DNA of 64,000 nucleotides from Camelus dromedarius. Its lineage: Eukaryota. This document shows positions 62,233 through 64,000 of the stretch, piece by piece. The position numbers and the translations under genes are program-made. The notes below the pieces were generated by a model. The model saw only the letters and a list, made by a program, of their open reading frames with translations, was not told the origin of the DNA and searched no databases. Position 1 is the first letter of the stretch. Each line of letters begins with the position of its first letter. The stretch covers positions 29,452,001 to 29,516,000 of the forward strand of contig NC_087437.1 in the NCBI RefSeq assembly GCF_036321535.1, in the 5' to 3' direction.

Positions 62233-62635
62233 CAGGGTATTGCTCACAATAGGCTACTTTATACCATGGTAATTAATTAAGCCCTAAATCCTGATGCATT
62301 GTCAAAATGAAGGTTTATTTCTTGCTCATACTACATGTTCATGACAGTTTGTTGGGGTGGGGAGGGGAGCTGTGCTCCACATTGTCAGGCAGGGACCCAG
62401 ATTGGTGGAGGCTCCGGCATTGTGTAGCTGCATCGAAAATGAAGGAATCTTGCTTCTGTGGAATGGCTTGAATCTTTTACAGGTTTTTCACTGCTTCAGC
62501 ACTTGAAGTCACACAGGTCACCGGACTAAAATTTCACTGGTCAGAGCTAGTCATAAAACTCCACGTAACTGTAAGGATGTGAGGAAATGTGGAAGCAAAT
62601 GAAATGCTTGATGAAGTTGATTGTCGTTTCCGCAA
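62233..62635 (-). mobile_element. Old MLT1 (MLT1J/K-like) LTR
   Basis: 'aaggtttatttcttgctcatactacatgt', 'tgctccacattgtc...cagggacccag', 'tttcactggtcagagctagtcat'. Confidence 0.8.
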
Positions 62636-63601
62636 ACAGCAACTACTGAACCTGTGTCTACTTAGCCAGCTTTTAAGAGCCCCGTAAAAAAAAACATGGA
62701 TTCTTTGGAGTTGCTACCAGCAACACAAGCCATTCTTAAACATAGCTACTAAATTCACTTCTGAATGGCACGTCCTTGCTCCTTCCTTATTTAAGGCACG
62801 TTACAGTGCCATACGCTGCATGGTTTTCCTCTGACACAGGCCGTAATAACCCACAGTACAGTGTAGAAAACCAGGACTTGTAGAGATCAAGTAAACATCC
62901 TAAAGCAACAAAGCTAGTAAGCAGTAAAATTGTGATTCTAAACTGGGGTTGTCTGAATATGAGACTCTTTCTGGCAACTGAAATGGCCTTCCTTCATGTC
63001 ACAACAGACTTAGATTTATGCAGCTTCAAAGGAGATAGGCACTGGTATTTTCTTTTCCATGCACTAGCTCCTTCCTGAACTAAAACAACTACCAGATCTC
63101 AGCCGTAACAGCATCATAATAACTGATCTCTTTTCAGACTTGGAAAGGAGAATACTAATCTGTCATGATTCTAGAAACAAATAACATCACGTATAAGAAA
63201 CTGAGCTTCAGTCAAAAGATGATGTGAAGTAGATGGTCCTTGCATCATACAAGGTCATTAGTAAAAATTTAGAGACTTCTTTAACATAAGCCAATACATA
63301 TTTTGGTGCATAATATTCTTACCAAGACCTACATTTGAAAACCCTGAGTCTAGTCATTTTCAGGTTCCTTCATTTGGAAATGTATTTCCCTTTAAACACA
63401 TCCTTTGGAATCTACGGGATAATCTAGCTAAAATACAGGAAATAAAAATTCAGTGGCATGCTAACTATGACCATTGTTTGAGATGTGTTAAATTTAGAGA
63501 AACTCAGAACTTTTCCTCTAATAAAAGAAAATATTTATTGTTTTAATTTTGACAGGTTTATGTCTGAACTATTATACTCTACTTGCTTCCAGTAATTCTT
63601 T

Positions 63602-63750
63602 CTTTTGTTTTCTTTTTCATTTTTTTATCAATTTTTTTAAGGGGGGAGGTAATTAGGTTTCTTTATTTATTTCTGATGGACGTACTGGGGATTGAACCCA
63701 GGGCCCCATGCATGCTGACACTCTGCCCCTGAGCTATACCTGCACCCCTA
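63602..63750 (-). mobile_element. tRNA-derived SINE (camelid Vic-1-like) with perfect TSD
   Basis: 'ggggggaggtaattaggttt...gtactggggattgaacccaggg...ctgagctatacc'. 16-bp TSD cttccagtaattcttt at 63586-63601 and 63751-63766. Confidence 0.93.
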
Positions 63751-64000
63751 CTTCCAGTAATTCTTTAAACATTAAGTTGTGTCTTGAAATGATTGTTAGG
63801 AGCAGGCTTTATAAGAGTGTATAGATCACTTCAAAACACTGATACAGAGAACTGTCAAGAAATTTATTTTTTAAACATATTTTGAGTCTAAACTATTTCT
63901 CCTTAAAACATATTCACAGCTAGGAATGTCTGTTCATCCCTGTTTTGGTTACTGGGCTTACAAATCAGATTGTTTCCAGAGCCCTAAGAGATCAGTGTTC

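Noticed and set aside
1..64000. Naming the host gene, or claiming a novel multi-gene system
   Set aside because: No exon translated to a protein I recognise, and I saw no miRNA or snoRNA I could support. A BLAT/synteny search is needed.

Overview
Mammalian genomic DNA, most likely camelid (alpaca/llama/camel). The inference rests on two tRNA-derived SINEs that match the camelid Vic-1-type SINE as I recall it, plus several young L1 3' ends. The window is AT-rich intronic/intergenic sequence, a large part of it transposon relics: L1, L2, MIR, MaLR/ERVL LTRs, and hAT and Tigger MITEs, several of them nested. I cannot support any host protein-coding CDS. The only ORFs I recognise are decayed L1 ORF2 pieces. 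The main gene-like landmark is a small CpG-rich bidirectional promoter at about 53.6-53.95 kb, with NRF1, E2F-like, YY1 and RFX X-box-like motifs and a splice donor pointing outward on each strand. Downstream on the minus strand lies a chain of exon-like segments that carry stop codons. These could be a lncRNA, a decayed gene or chance splice motifs, and I could not name the gene. The best-supported oddities are a 25-nt U6 snRNA 5' fragment inserted with a perfect 16-17 bp target-site duplication, a templated insertion apparently copied from 1.3 kb upstream into an L1, a candidate recursive-splicing exon, a 108-bp perfect purine/pyrimidine alternation, and several datable nested insertions. 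I found no convincing evidence of a wholly new biological system. Repeat family names are from memory of consensus sequences, and boundaries are approximate unless a TSD or TIR is given.
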